Source of the DNA: Gemmatimonadota bacterium
Lineage (GTDB): Bacteria; Gemmatimonadota; Gemmatimonadetes; Gemmatimonadales; GWC2-71-9
Direction: 5' to 3'
Assembly: GCA_039589615.1 (NCBI GenBank)
Contig: JBDHHA010000036.1
Location: forward strand, 421 to 64,420
Length of the DNA: 64,000 bases
The notes under the pieces were generated by a model. That model did no database searches. It saw nothing but the letters and a program-made list of their open reading frames with translations, and was not told the DNA's origin. The translations under genes were made by a program, and so were the position numbers. This document shows, piece by piece, positions 11,912 to 21,512 of the stretch. Numbering within the stretch: the stretch's first letter is position 1; every line of letters begins with the position of its first letter.

Positions 11912-13312
11912 TTATTTGACAGTGGCGGGAATCGGGATATCGACCGACGAAGCGTCATGGTCGGAATTGGGGATCGCGGTGGGGTAGTCGCCGGAGAAGC
12001 AGGCATCACAGTATCCCGTTCCCTTTTCGGCAACGGCACTGTGCATACCCTCCAGTGACAGGTACCCGAGGGTATCCACCTCGAGGTGCTTCCGTATTTG
12101 CTCGACGCTGTGTGTCGATGCGATAAGCTCGCCGCGTGTGGGCGTGTCGATTCCGTAGTAACAAGGACCGGTGATCGGTGATGATGAGATGCGCAGATGA
12201 ATCTCTCGCGCTCCTGCATCGCGAATCATCTTGATCAACGCGCGGGACGTGGTCCCACGTACCAACGAGTCGTCGACAACGACGACACTCCTTCCGTTCA
12301 CGACGTCACGCACCGGATTGAACTTGATGCGGGCCTTATCCGTCCGGGTCGTCTGGCCGGGACTGATGAACGTCCGGCCCACGTAGTGATTGCGGATGAG
12401 CCCATGTTCGAACTTGATGCCGCTCCGTTCGGAGTACCCGAGGGCCATCGCGTTCGAAGAGTCGGGAACGGAAAACACACATTCGGCGCCGGGAGCTGGG
12501 TGTTCCTGGGCCAGCCGAGCCCCGAGGTTGCGCCGCACCCGGTCGACGGACTCACCGAAAACGGTGCTGTCCGGGCGCGAGAAGTAGACCAGCTCGAAGA
12601 TGCAGCGGCGATGCCGCTTCGGGGCCAGCGGGGGCAGCTCATGGACGGTTCCCCCCTCGATGCGGAGCCACTCACCGGGCTGCAGCTCGCGGACCGGTGA
12701 TGCGCCGATGATGTCCAGGGCGCAGGTTTCCGACGTCACGACATGGCCGTCGTGTAGCTTCCCCAACACCAGCGGACGGAAGCCCCTGGGGTCCACGATG
12801 GCGTAAAGCGTCTTCCCGACGGTGAGGACCAACGTGTAGGCTCCTTCCACCCGCTCCAAGGCGTCGAGAATCTGGTCCTCGGGTTGGCGGGCTTCGGACC
12901 TGGCGATGAGGTGGACGAGCACCTCGGAGTCGGAAGACGTTTGAAAGATCGACCCCTTCTTGACGAGGTCACGCTTCAGATCTGCGGCGTTGGTGAGGTT
13001 GCCGTTGTGTGCCAGCACCAGGGGCCCGGAGTGGTAGTCGACCACGCAGGGCTGCGCGTTGGAAAGGTCGGAACTGCCGGTGGTGGAGTAGCGCGTGTGC
13101 CCGATGGCAATGGAGCCCGGGAGGGTGGCGAGGATCTCGGGGCTGAAGGTGTCGGAAACGAGGCCCATGCTGCGGTGTGCGTGGGCCACCTGGTCGTCGT
13201 CCACGGTAGTGATCCCGGTGGACTCCTGGCCACGGTGCTGCAAGGCGTACAGACCCATGTACGCGAGTTGGGACGCGTTGGGGATGTTAGAAACGCCGAA
13301 AACACCACACAT
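11912..13312 (-). CDS. purF: amidophosphoribosyltransferase
   Basis: Ntn start MCGVFGV at 13312. Contains HRGQES, HTRYSTTG and the PRTase motif VVVVDDSLVRGTT. The longer ORF reaching 13411 has a non-homologous extension. Confidence 0.95.
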   Translation of the reverse strand: MCGVFGVSNIPNASQLAYMGLYALQHRGQESTGITTVDDDQVAHAHRSMGLVSDTFSPEILATLPGSIAIGHTRYSTTGSSDLSNAQPCVVDYHSGPLVLAHNGNLTNAADLKRDLVKKGSIFQTSSDSEVLVHLIARSEARQPEDQILDALERVEGAYTLVLTVGKTLYAIVDPRGFRPLVLGKLHDGHVVTSETCALDIIGASPVRELQPGEWLRIEGGTVHELPPLAPKRHRRCIFELVYFSRPDSTVFGESVDRVRRNLGARLAQEHPAPGAECVFSVPDSSNAMALGYSERSGIKFEHGLIRNHYVGRTFISPGQTTRTDKARIKFNPVRDVVNGRSVVVVDDSLVRGTTSRALIKMIRDAGAREIHLRISSSPITGPCYYGIDTPTRGELIASTHSVEQIRKHLEVDTLGYLSLEGMHSAVAEKGTGYCDACFSGDYPTAIPNSDHDASSVDIPIPATVK

Positions 13313-13497
13313 CGTTACGGGCCTTGAGCTGGTTCGCCGGGTGATTCCATCTGCCGCGGCATTGCCCCGAGGGATCCCTTCGGTAATGCCGGGGATTCGA
13401 GCGAGATCCAACTGAAATGTACTCGGTTGCGGAGCGACTGTCTCATGCCGCCCGCCGCCGGTCGGGGGCCGCCCAACCGCCCGCGGGCTTGGTTCTC

Positions 13498-13503
13498 ACT
13501 ATA
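13498..13503 (-). promoter_or_regulatory. candidate -10 box (TATAGT) for purF
   Basis: The minus strand reads cttcTATAGTgag, ~185 nt upstream of the purF ATG. Confidence 0.3.
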
Positions 13504-13595
13504 GAAGGGTAGGCAACCGGACTGGAGGGGTCGGGTCGTGGGCTGCCTGTGGTTGCCGCGGGCTCGGCGTTTATGCCGCCGGGGCCGCCGCAACG

Positions 13596-13925
13596 TCACT
13601 CCGCGGCGGAGGCCTTCTTGCCCCGCACACCCCGAAGCACGGCGCCAAACACGCTGTGGAACATGGTGTCGTCCTGGCCGTCCAGCAGGGATTCGGCTTC
13701 CCCGGCGTCGAACCACACGCCGTTACACTCAATGCAGCGATCGACCTCGAGGCCGTGATACTCCTCGATACTGAGATCGTGGCCGCACTTCGGGCACTTC
13801 ATGTAGTGGCTCTTGCGCTCCGCTTCGTCCTTCTCCCGTTCGGCTTCCGCGCGGCGCGCTTTCAGTAACTCTGCTTCCTTCCGTACGAAAAATTCCTCTT
13901 CACTGCGACTGGGCTTCTCGGTCAT
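13596..13925 (-). CDS. TFIIB-type zinc-ribbon protein
   Basis: Two CxxC pairs, CPKCGHDL...CIECNGVWFDAGEAESLL, preceded by a charged coiled-coil N-terminus. ATGA overlap with the upstream gene. Confidence 0.7.
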   Translation of the reverse strand: MTEKPSRSEEEFFVRKEAELLKARRAEAEREKDEAERKSHYMKCPKCGHDLSIEEYHGLEVDRCIECNGVWFDAGEAESLLDGQDDTMFHSVFGAVLRGVRGKKASAAE

Positions 13926-14455
13926 CCGATGATTCCGACGGTATCAGGTGAGAAGGTCGGCGGCGTGAACTGGGCCGCACGGTTGGGGGGCGAAGAAGAC
14001 ACCCCTTCGTAGACATGACCGGGTCCCCGGACGATGGCGTCGACGACCTGCCCGCCTTCGAGCATCACGACATCAAAGGTCCCGCAAGCCAGCTCGCAGC
14101 CGTTGCGGAAGTAGAGGAAGGTCCAGTTGCCCACGGCCCGATCCGTCACGGGAACGCCCCAAACCGCCACCACATCGTCCGCCGTCATGCCGGGCCTAAC
14201 CGTGCCGGTATGAACGGGAAACCAGGGCTCTTCCCCGGCCAACGCCGGGCGCACGGTCTGGACGGGCTCCGGCTCGGGCTCCGGTTCCGGTTCCTGCACA
14301 GGGGGGGCCACCGGCGTGGCGGGGGCCGGCGTGGTGTCCTGCACCGCCTCTGCCCGAGCCGCATCGGCGGCTTGACCACCCAGAAAGGGGATCTTGTCGC
14401 AGCCGAGGGTCATGAACCCGGCCATCGTCACGATGGCAAAAGAGCGCCAATTCAT
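13922..14455 (-). CDS. lipoprotein with Pro/Glu-rich linker and BamE/SmpA_OmlA-like C-terminal domain
   Basis: Lipobox MAGFMTLGCD. Linker QEPEPEPEPEPV. C-terminal GMTADDVVAVWGVPV...GGQVVDAIV resembles BamE-type domains. Confidence 0.55.
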   Translation of the reverse strand: MNWRSFAIVTMAGFMTLGCDKIPFLGGQAADAARAEAVQDTTPAPATPVAPPVQEPEPEPEPEPVQTVRPALAGEEPWFPVHTGTVRPGMTADDVVAVWGVPVTDRAVGNWTFLYFRNGCELACGTFDVVMLEGGQVVDAIVRGPGHVYEGVSSSPPNRAAQFTPPTFSPDTVGIIG

Positions 14456-14619
14456 CCTGAGCCTCCTGAAAAATCCCAACACTCGCGAGCACCGACGGGG
14501 GGTCCTGGGACCCGCACGCCGTTCACTCCCGCGGAATCGGTCCCCTCAAGATAGCAATAATTTGGGGCCTGGTAGTGAACAACGTCACAAAGTGGAGGAT
14601 TCGCCGGGCCCAGAATCCC

Positions 14620-15447
14620 TCAGGTTCCAGGCTTTCGGTGCCGATCCTCGAGGTCGTGGACCACGAGCCTGGGTTGGTCTTCGGACTCCTCCGCTTCGTC
14701 GTCCCCCCGCTCCACGAAAGCGAGCACCGCTCCCCGGCCAAGGCCGTAGGCGACGTACGTGATGCCCAGCGGGAAGAAGAAGATGTCTCGGTTGAAGATG
14801 CCGAACCACAGGACGATGAGGTGCACGCTGAGGCCCGCGAGGCCACGGACGGTGCGGAACCCGATCCGGGGCAGCCGGGCGTATTCCACGTTGCTCACCA
14901 TCGCCAGGCTGAGGGCGATGATGAGGAAGATGATGATCTGGGACCAGGGGAGGGCCGCCAGCTGGACGCGATAGAATTCCGTCTGGGTGAAGGGATAGTA
15001 CGCGGCGAGGGTCATCCCGGCGGCCGTGGAGGGCAGACCGGTGAAGTTACGCTTGTGACCTTCCCCGGACTGGGCGTTGAACCGTGCCAGCCGCAACGCC
15101 ACGCAGACGGCGAAGGCGTACGAGAACACCCAGGCAAACGGTCCCTGTGACGAGAAGAGCAGGAAGAACATGAGCACCGCCGGAGCGATGCCGAAGCTCA
15201 CCATGTCCACCAGGGAGTCGAGCTGGGCGCCGAAGGCCGATCCCGTCTTGCTCACCCGCGCCGAAAGGCCGTCCAGGGTGTCGAGGATGCCGGCGAAGAC
15301 GATCCACCAACTGGCGCGGTAGAAATCGCCCTGGGCGGCCAACACCATGGACCAAAACCCGAAAAACAGGTTGGCCAACGTGAAGATGCTGGGAACCACC
15401 ACCACCACCCGCCGTACTCGCCGCCTACTGCGTTCTCGACGCGTCAT
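14620..15447 (-). CDS. pssA: CDP-diacylglycerol--serine O-phosphatidyltransferase
   Basis: CDP-alcohol phosphatidyltransferase motif DTLDGLSARVSKTGSAFGAQLDSLVDMVSFG. The ATG at 15447 overlaps the psd stop (ATGA). An alternative GTG start exists at 15456. Confidence 0.9.
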   Translation of the reverse strand: MTRRERSRRRVRRVVVVVPSIFTLANLFFGFWSMVLAAQGDFYRASWWIVFAGILDTLDGLSARVSKTGSAFGAQLDSLVDMVSFGIAPAVLMFFLLFSSQGPFAWVFSYAFAVCVALRLARFNAQSGEGHKRNFTGLPSTAAGMTLAAYYPFTQTEFYRVQLAALPWSQIIIFLIIALSLAMVSNVEYARLPRIGFRTVRGLAGLSVHLIVLWFGIFNRDIFFFPLGITYVAYGLGRGAVLAFVERGDDEAEESEDQPRLVVHDLEDRHRKPGT

Positions 15448-16088
15448 CGAGGCCACTCCGCGAGGATAGTTCTGCCCGCCACAGCGCGGTCACCCGGCTG
15501 CACCCGCACCTGAGCGGACAATGGGAGAAAGGTATCCACCCGGGAGCCAAATCGGATGAGGCCGAGGCGGTCTCCCTGCCGGACGACGTCCCCGGGCCTG
15601 TGGTCCGTGACGATGCGCCGCGCGACGAGTCCCGCAATCTGCCGGATCAGCACCGGGCCGAAGGTCCCGCGGACGCCCAAGGACATGCGCTCGTTGAACT
15701 CGCTGGCCTTATCCAGGGTCGCGTTGAGGAACTTCCCGGGGCGATAGTCCCGGTACTCGACCGCGCCCGCAACGGGATGCCGGTTCACATGCACGCTGAA
15801 GACGTTCATGAAGACCGAGATGCGGGTCGCCCGACCCTGCAGGTAGTCGGGCTCGTCCACCTCCACGACACTCACGACCTTGCCGTCGGCTGGCGCGATG
15901 GCCACCTGACCCTGCTCGGGCCCCGTTCGGTCGGGGTCACGGAAAAAGGCCGGGACCCATACCGTTATCGGGGCCCAGGCCAGGACGACCCACCAGCTCC
16001 CGCCCAGGACCCACGCCCATCCCACCAGGGCGGCCAGAACGCCGCAGGCGATCGCGACGAACGGGATTCCCTCTCGCGCGAGCCTCAC
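15444..16088 (-). CDS. psd: phosphatidylserine decarboxylase (short form proenzyme)
   Basis: 214 aa with two N-terminal TM helices. FGSRVD self-cleavage-type motif near the C-terminus. The GTG start overlaps the purC stop (GTGA). Confidence 0.85.
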   Translation of the reverse strand: MRLAREGIPFVAIACGVLAALVGWAWVLGGSWWVVLAWAPITVWVPAFFRDPDRTGPEQGQVAIAPADGKVVSVVEVDEPDYLQGRATRISVFMNVFSVHVNRHPVAGAVEYRDYRPGKFLNATLDKASEFNERMSLGVRGTFGPVLIRQIAGLVARRIVTDHRPGDVVRQGDRLGLIRFGSRVDTFLPLSAQVRVQPGDRAVAGRTILAEWPR

Positions 16089-17011
16089 TGCCGGACCGCC
16101 AAATCCTCTCCGGTTATGCGGCGATAGGCGTCCAAGTACCGGTCACTGGTGATCTGGACCGTCTCGTCCGACAAGGGCGGGGGGGGAGGCGTCGCATCCC
16201 ACGACCCGGCCTTCCGCAAACCGTCCAGATAGTCTCGCAGCGGTTGCTTGTCGAAGCTCTTCTGTCCGCGGCCCGGTTCGTAGTCGTCCGCCGGCCAAAA
16301 CCGCGACGAGTCGGGTGTCAGCACCTCGTCGATGAGGATGAGGTCGCCGTCGCGCGCGTGGCCGAACTCGAACTTGGTGTCGGCAATGATGAGGCCGCGC
16401 TGCGCCGCCTGCTCGCGCCCGGCGAGATACAGTTCGAGGCTGCGGGCCATCAAGGTGTCGGTGAGTTCGGCCCCCAGGGCATCGCGCACGTAGTCGACGG
16501 TGACGTTCTCGTCGTGGCCGGTATCCGCCTTGGTGGCCGGGGAGAAGATGGGGGGGGCGAGCTGGTCGGATTCGACGAGCCCTCCGGGAAGCGCCTCGCC
16601 GGCCAGGGTCCCCGTGGCGGAGTACTCCTTCCACGCGGAGCCCGAGAGATATCCCCGGACGACGCATTCGAACGCGACGGGTGTCGTCCGCTTCGCCAAC
16701 ATGGCTCGGCCGGCGAGGCTGGATTCGTGCCCCGCCAGGCGCGGCACCCGTTCCACGATGTCGGCCGCGTCGGCGGAGATGAAGTGGCTTGGGGTGATGG
16801 TTTCCAGGGCGCCAAACCAGTAGGCGCTCATCTGGGTCAGCACCGCGCCCTTGTGGGGAATCGGCTCGTTCATGACCACGTCGAACGCACTGATTCGGTC
16901 ACTCGTGACCAGCAGGACCGTGTCGTCATCCACCTCGTAGACTTCGCGTACCTTCCCCTTGCGCAGCAGGGGGAGGGGAAGTGCGCTCTCCAGCATGGGC
17001 CCTGCGGTCAT
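16085..17011 (-). CDS. purC: phosphoribosylaminoimidazole-succinocarboxamide synthase
   Basis: [13 protein letters not shown]...[12 protein letters not shown]...IADTKFEFG. The ATG at 17011 overlaps the purB stop (ATGA). Confidence 0.93.
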   Translation of the reverse strand: MTAGPMLESALPLPLLRKGKVREVYEVDDDTVLLVTSDRISAFDVVMNEPIPHKGAVLTQMSAYWFGALETITPSHFISADAADIVERVPRLAGHESSLAGRAMLAKRTTPVAFECVVRGYLSGSAWKEYSATGTLAGEALPGGLVESDQLAPPIFSPATKADTGHDENVTVDYVRDALGAELTDTLMARSLELYLAGREQAAQRGLIIADTKFEFGHARDGDLILIDEVLTPDSSRFWPADDYEPGRGQKSFDKQPLRDYLDGLRKAGSWDATPPPPPLSDETVQITSDRYLDAYRRITGEDLAVRQ

Positions 17012-18441
17012 ACGCTGACCTCTCCTTCTTCGGATGTGAAGTCCTGCAACGATTCGAGTAGGGTGGCCAACGGCCCCTCGGTAAACTCCGTCACTTGCTC
17101 GGCGCACCGGCCAACATAGAGAGTGGGATCCAGCTCGGCTTGCAGCGCGGCGCGATCCACCGCGGCGAACGTCTCATGAGTGGCGAGGCGGTCGAGGAGA
17201 TCGTTCTCGGCGCCCTGCTCCATGGCGTCGGTCACCGCCCAGCTCGCCTGGCGGATGACTTCGTGCAGCTCCTGCCGGTCGCCCCCGGCCTTCGCGGCGA
17301 TCATCAGCCACCGCTCGGTGGCCATGAAGGGCATGACCCGTTCGACGTTCCGCCGCGTGGTGGCCTCCCGCACCTCCAGACCCTTGACCACGTTGTGGAC
17401 CAGGATCAGCAGGGCGTCCGCCGCGAGGAACGCGTCGGGGAGCACCATTCTGCGGTTCGCACTGTCATCCAGCGTCCGCTCCAGCCACTGGGTGGCCGAG
17501 GTGTATGCGGTGTTCTGCCGTAGCGCGATGAGGTAGCGGGCCAAGGCGCAGATGCGCTCGCAGCGCATGGGGTTCCGCTTGTACGCCATGGCGCTCGAAC
17601 CGATTTGGTCCTGTTCCGCCGGTTCGAGCAGCTCGCCCTCGTGCTGCAGCAGACGCAGATCGGTGGCGAATTTGGACGCGGATTGGGCGATGTGGGCCAG
17701 CACGTCGAGCACGCGGCTGTCGACCTTGCGGGTGTACGTCTGTCCGGTGACCGCGATGGGGACGAGGTCGAATCTGGCCGCGACACGCTGGTCCAGCTCA
17801 CGGACTTTCTCGTGGTCGCCACCAAACAGCTCGAGGTAGCTCGCTTGGGTCCCGGTGGTCCCCTTGCAGCCGCGGAACGGGAGGGTGGCGAGAGCGTGAT
17901 GCAGTGCTTCCGAGTCGAAGGCCAGGTCCTGGAGCCAGAGCGTGGCGCGCTTCCCCACGGTGGTGAGTTGGGCGGGCTGGAAGTGAGTGTACGCCACGGC
18001 CGGCGCACTGCGGTGGGCCACGGCAAAGTCGCGAAGGGCGCCAAGGGTTTCGACCAGACGGCCGAGCAGGAGTTGCATCCCGTCGCGGAGCACGAGCAGC
18101 TCGGCGTTGTCGGTGACGAAGGCGCTGGTGGCTCCCAGATGGATGTAGGGTCGGGCGGCGGGCGCCTGGTCTCCGAAGTGATGTATGTGGGCCATGACGT
18201 CGTGGCGAAAGCGTCGCTCGTACTCCTTTACGGCGTCGAGATCCGCGCTGTCCAGCTGCGCCTGCATCTCGCCGATCGCTTCCTCGGGGATTTCGAGCCC
18301 CAGGCCCTGCTGTTCTTCGGCCAGGGCCAACCAGAGCCGGCGCCACAGCCCCGCCCGGTTCTCGGCGTTCCACAGGCGCTGCATGGCCGGCGACGCGTAG
18401 CGCGTGCCCAACGGCGATTGGTAGGTCTCAGGATTTGTCAT
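17008..18441 (-). CDS. purB: adenylosuccinate lyase
   Basis: 477 aa. [14 protein letters not shown], the fumarate-lyase signature [11 protein letters not shown] and the C-terminal ADSL_C region. Confidence 0.95.
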   Translation of the reverse strand: MTNPETYQSPLGTRYASPAMQRLWNAENRAGLWRRLWLALAEEQQGLGLEIPEEAIGEMQAQLDSADLDAVKEYERRFRHDVMAHIHHFGDQAPAARPYIHLGATSAFVTDNAELLVLRDGMQLLLGRLVETLGALRDFAVAHRSAPAVAYTHFQPAQLTTVGKRATLWLQDLAFDSEALHHALATLPFRGCKGTTGTQASYLELFGGDHEKVRELDQRVAARFDLVPIAVTGQTYTRKVDSRVLDVLAHIAQSASKFATDLRLLQHEGELLEPAEQDQIGSSAMAYKRNPMRCERICALARYLIALRQNTAYTSATQWLERTLDDSANRRMVLPDAFLAADALLILVHNVVKGLEVREATTRRNVERVMPFMATERWLMIAAKAGGDRQELHEVIRQASWAVTDAMEQGAENDLLDRLATHETFAAVDRAALQAELDPTLYVGRCAEQVTEFTEGPLATLLESLQDFTSEEGEVSV

Positions 18442-19865
18442 TGCACGTAGAAGTCACTGTAAAACATGCGGCCTCCGCGCTCCACCCAGGCACGGACCGC
18501 CGTGCGCCGACCCACACGTCCCAGGATGTTGCGCACGTCTTCGGCGTCGGTGATTTGCGCGTTGTTGATCTGGGTGATCACGTCCCCGGATCGCATACCG
18601 GTGGCCCGCTGGGCCACGTCCCCGATGGAATAGATCAGTGCCCCGTCAGCCCGCCGGAGGTTGCGCTCCTGTTGGATGGCTGGGGTCACGGTGATCAGCT
18701 CGAGATCCAATACGGAGATCCGTTCGGCCTGGGTGGTGGGGAGGGCGGCAATCCCGAGCGTTGTCCGGCGCTCCCGTCCTTCCCGCCGGTACACCACGGG
18801 AATGGAATCGCCCGGTCCCACGTCCAGCTTGACCGCCTCCCAATCGAGGAACGTCCGCACCGAGCGCCCGGCGGCGGAGATCAGGATGTCACCCTCCCGG
18901 AGGCCGGCGTCGGTGGCCGGACTCGTGCCGGCGACGTTGGTGATCGCGAGTCCTCCATCTTCCTTCCACCGGCGGAGATCCTCCGAGCCTCCAACCGCGA
19001 GGCCCATCCAGGCCCGTTGCACCGTCCCGAACTCCTGGAGTTCCCGGGCCACGCGGAGCGCCCGTTCGATGGGGATCGCAAACCCGATGCCCACCGATCC
19101 CCCCGAGGCGCTGAAGATCGAGCTGTTGACGCCGACAACCCGGCCGGTCACGTCCACCAGCGGACCGCCGCTGTTGCCTGGATTGATGGCGGCGTCGGTT
19201 TGGATCATGTCGACGTACACGCCGGGTTGGTCTCGCGATGGCAGGATGTTTCGCCCTACCGCACTCACCACCCCCGCTGTGACCGTGGGCTCGGCGTTTC
19301 CCAGGAGGTAGGAATATGGATTGCCGATGGCCACGACCCACTCGCCGATCACCAAGTCGCGACTCGACCCGATGGCCATGGTGGGGAGGTTCTGGGCGTC
19401 GACCTTCAGGACCGCGATATCGGTGAGGGGATCCTCGCCGAGGAGCTCGGCCGGGTAGTCGGTGCCGTCGGTGGTGGTGACGACGATCTGTTCGGCACCC
19501 TCGGTGACATGCTGATTCGTGATGACGAGGCCGTTGTCGGAGACGACGAAGCCCGATCCCACACCTTCCACGAGCTGCTCGTACTCCTGGGGCATGAAGA
19601 AGAAGGAGCGCCGGGCGACACGGCGCTGTCGGCGAATGATGTTGACGCTCACGACGGCAGGGCGGGCTCGGGCGGCTGCGTCCACGATGGCCGACCGGCG
19701 GGTTTCGGTCACCTGGGCGTTGAGGCGCTGGCGGGCCGTGTCTTGCCGAATCGGTGCCGGGATGGCGATGGGGGTGTCGAGGGGCAGAACGGCGCTTTCG
19801 GGCCGGGGGGCGGGCTCGCTGCAGCCGAGTGCCAGGCCGAGGCCGAGGGCCGCGATCAAGCGCAC
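18438..19865 (-). CDS. htrA: HtrA/DegP-family serine endopeptidase (two PDZ domains), lipoprotein signal
   Basis: LGLGLALGCS signal. Trypsin-like core with TNQHV and INPGNSGGPLVD. Two PDZ-like segments follow. The stop overlaps the purB start (ATGA). GTG start. Confidence 0.9.
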   Translation of the reverse strand: MRLIAALGLGLALGCSEPAPRPESAVLPLDTPIAIPAPIRQDTARQRLNAQVTETRRSAIVDAAARARPAVVSVNIIRRQRRVARRSFFFMPQEYEQLVEGVGSGFVVSDNGLVITNQHVTEGAEQIVVTTTDGTDYPAELLGEDPLTDIAVLKVDAQNLPTMAIGSSRDLVIGEWVVAIGNPYSYLLGNAEPTVTAGVVSAVGRNILPSRDQPGVYVDMIQTDAAINPGNSGGPLVDVTGRVVGVNSSIFSASGGSVGIGFAIPIERALRVARELQEFGTVQRAWMGLAVGGSEDLRRWKEDGGLAITNVAGTSPATDAGLREGDILISAAGRSVRTFLDWEAVKLDVGPGDSIPVVYRREGRERRTTLGIAALPTTQAERISVLDLELITVTPAIQQERNLRRADGALIYSIGDVAQRATGMRSGDVITQINNAQITDAEDVRNILGRVGRRTAVRAWVERGGRMFYSDFYVQ

Positions 19866-19934
19866 GCCTGCCGATCCCGGGATGAAATGGTCAACCCGGC
19901 TGGTTCAATGCGACCGCCCGTTCCGGCCGGCGTC

Positions 19935-20729
19935 TCATTGCTGGAGGACGAAATCATTGACTCGGCGTAGCTCCGGCTGGGGGTACAGCGCACCCAGCAT
20001 GTAGAGGCCGTGGGGTGGAGCAGGGGGGCTGGCGTCCGCGTTGCTCGTGGCAGCCAGCCCGGCTGAGATATCGGCCATCGGGCGTCGTCCGCGCGCCACG
20101 TCGACCATCGCTCCAACCATGAACCTCACCATGCGATGCAGAAAACGATCGGCTTCAACCGTAAAAATAAACCCTTCGTGGTCCTGTCGCTCTTGCCACG
20201 CGCACTGTGTGATGGTGCACCGGTAATGCGGCTTTTCCTGTCCCGCCGTCGAGAAGGGCCTGAAGTCGTGCTCTCCCAGGAACAGCGCCGCGGCACTCCC
20301 CAGCGCCTCGGGATCCAGCGCCTCGCCGAGCGCCCACTCATAGGGCCTCCGAAAAGGAGATGCCGACCCTGCGTCACAGCCCACAACGAAGCGATACCGG
20401 CGCACCGAGGCGTCCTTCCGGGCGTGGAACCCCTCCGGTGCGGCCCCCACCTCCGCCACCCAGAGATCTGCCGGTGTGACGGCATTCAGCGCGCGCTGAA
20501 GGTCTCGTGGATCCCACGGCCCAGGGGTACGGAAGCTCACGACCTGCCCCAAGGCATGGACCCCACTGTCGGTGCGGCCTGCGGCGTTGGTGGCCACCCG
20601 GCCACTCGTGAGTTGCGCGAGCCCATCCTCCAACACGCCCTGCACGGTTCGGTCGCTGGGCTGGCGCTGCCAGCCGGCAAACCTATGCCCGGCGTATTGG
20701 AGGATGGCGTAGAAGGCCCGATCAACCAT
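19935..20729 (-). CDS. truA: tRNA pseudouridine(38-40) synthase
   Basis: YAILQYAGHRFAGWQRQP...AGRTDSGVHALGQV are classic TruA motifs. Confidence 0.9.
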   Translation of the reverse strand: MVDRAFYAILQYAGHRFAGWQRQPSDRTVQGVLEDGLAQLTSGRVATNAAGRTDSGVHALGQVVSFRTPGPWDPRDLQRALNAVTPADLWVAEVGAAPEGFHARKDASVRRYRFVVGCDAGSASPFRRPYEWALGEALDPEALGSAAALFLGEHDFRPFSTAGQEKPHYRCTITQCAWQERQDHEGFIFTVEADRFLHRMVRFMVGAMVDVARGRRPMADISAGLAATSNADASPPAPPHGLYMLGALYPQPELRRVNDFVLQQ

Positions 20730-20739
20730 GTGGGAGGAA

Positions 20740-20745
20740 ACTATA
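20740..20745 (-). promoter_or_regulatory. candidate -10 box (TATAGT) 10 nt upstream of the truA ATG
   Basis: The minus strand reads ccTATAGTttcctcccacATG. There is no Shine-Dalgarno sequence. Confidence 0.35.
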
Positions 20746-20811
20746 GGTGCGACACCCTATCCACAAGCGCCACAACGACTTGCGGATTAGCGAAGACCTT
20801 CGATCTTGGTC

Positions 20812-21351
20812 TCAGTACTTTCGAATCACGCCCACGACGACGCCCTGGACCAGCACGTCGTCCTCGTGAGCCCTGATGGGCGCCACGTTCTCGTTGGCGG
20901 GCTGGAGGCGTATCCAGCCACCGTCCTCCCGGTAGTACCGCTTGACCGTGGCCGACGTGCCTTCGATCAGGGCGATGACCATCTCTCCGTTCTCGGCGGT
21001 GCTACGGCTGTTGACCACCACCAAGTCGCCATCGTCGATGTGTTCGTCAATCATCGATTCGCCCTGGACCTGGAGGACGTAGCTCGAGCCCCGCCGGGGA
21101 ATCAGGTCGTCCGGAACGGCAATGGTCTCCGGCGTAGAGACCGCCTCGATGGGGATGCCCGCGGCCACCCGCCCCAGGAGGGGCAGCTCGGTTGCCGTGG
21201 CGAGCCCCGGCTCGGGCACCAACTCGATGGACCGGCTCTCGTTGTGGCTCCTCCGGATGAATCCCTTCTGCTCCAGGTTGGTCAGATGTTCGTGGACCGT
21301 GGCCAGGGAGTTGAAGGAGAAAATCTCGCGTTGACGCTTGGTCACAGGCAT
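20812..21351 (-). CDS. lexA: LexA-like repressor/autopeptidase with shortened N-terminal DNA-binding domain
   Basis: The recognition-helix region LATVHEHLTNLEQKGFIRR, the cleavage site VAAG, the Ser context QGESM and the Lys context TVKRY are all present. The protein is only 179 aa, because the segment between TKRQREIF and SLATVHEHL is missing. Confidence 0.85.
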   Translation of the reverse strand: MPVTKRQREIFSFNSLATVHEHLTNLEQKGFIRRSHNESRSIELVPEPGLATATELPLLGRVAAGIPIEAVSTPETIAVPDDLIPRRGSSYVLQVQGESMIDEHIDDGDLVVVNSRSTAENGEMVIALIEGTSATVKRYYREDGGWIRLQPANENVAPIRAHEDDVLVQGVVVGVIRKY

Positions 21352-21386
21352 GGCTCCCCCTCGGGACCGAAGGTATTCCGAAAAAC

Positions 21387-21415
21387 AGTATACCCGAACA
21401 CACCCCGAAACGCAA
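21387..21415 (-). promoter_or_regulatory. candidate lexA promoter with embedded direct-repeat operator
   Basis: The minus strand reads TTGCGT-17 nt-TATACT. The spacer contains TTTC-N7-GTTC (ttcggggtgtgttcggg). Confidence 0.4.
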
Positions 21416-21512
21416 TGCTCTCAACCGTTTACGAGTGGGAGAACAGGCTTCGGAGTGCGACGGAGCGCACAGCGGAATCACCTCGAAGGGACCAGAATAG
21501 TAGGGTTCCCAA

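Noticed and set aside
13313-13595. Known purine, ZTP or PRPP riboswitch in the purF leader.
   Set aside because: I could not find the conserved core sequences of these classes by eye. The region is retained only as an unclassified structured leader.
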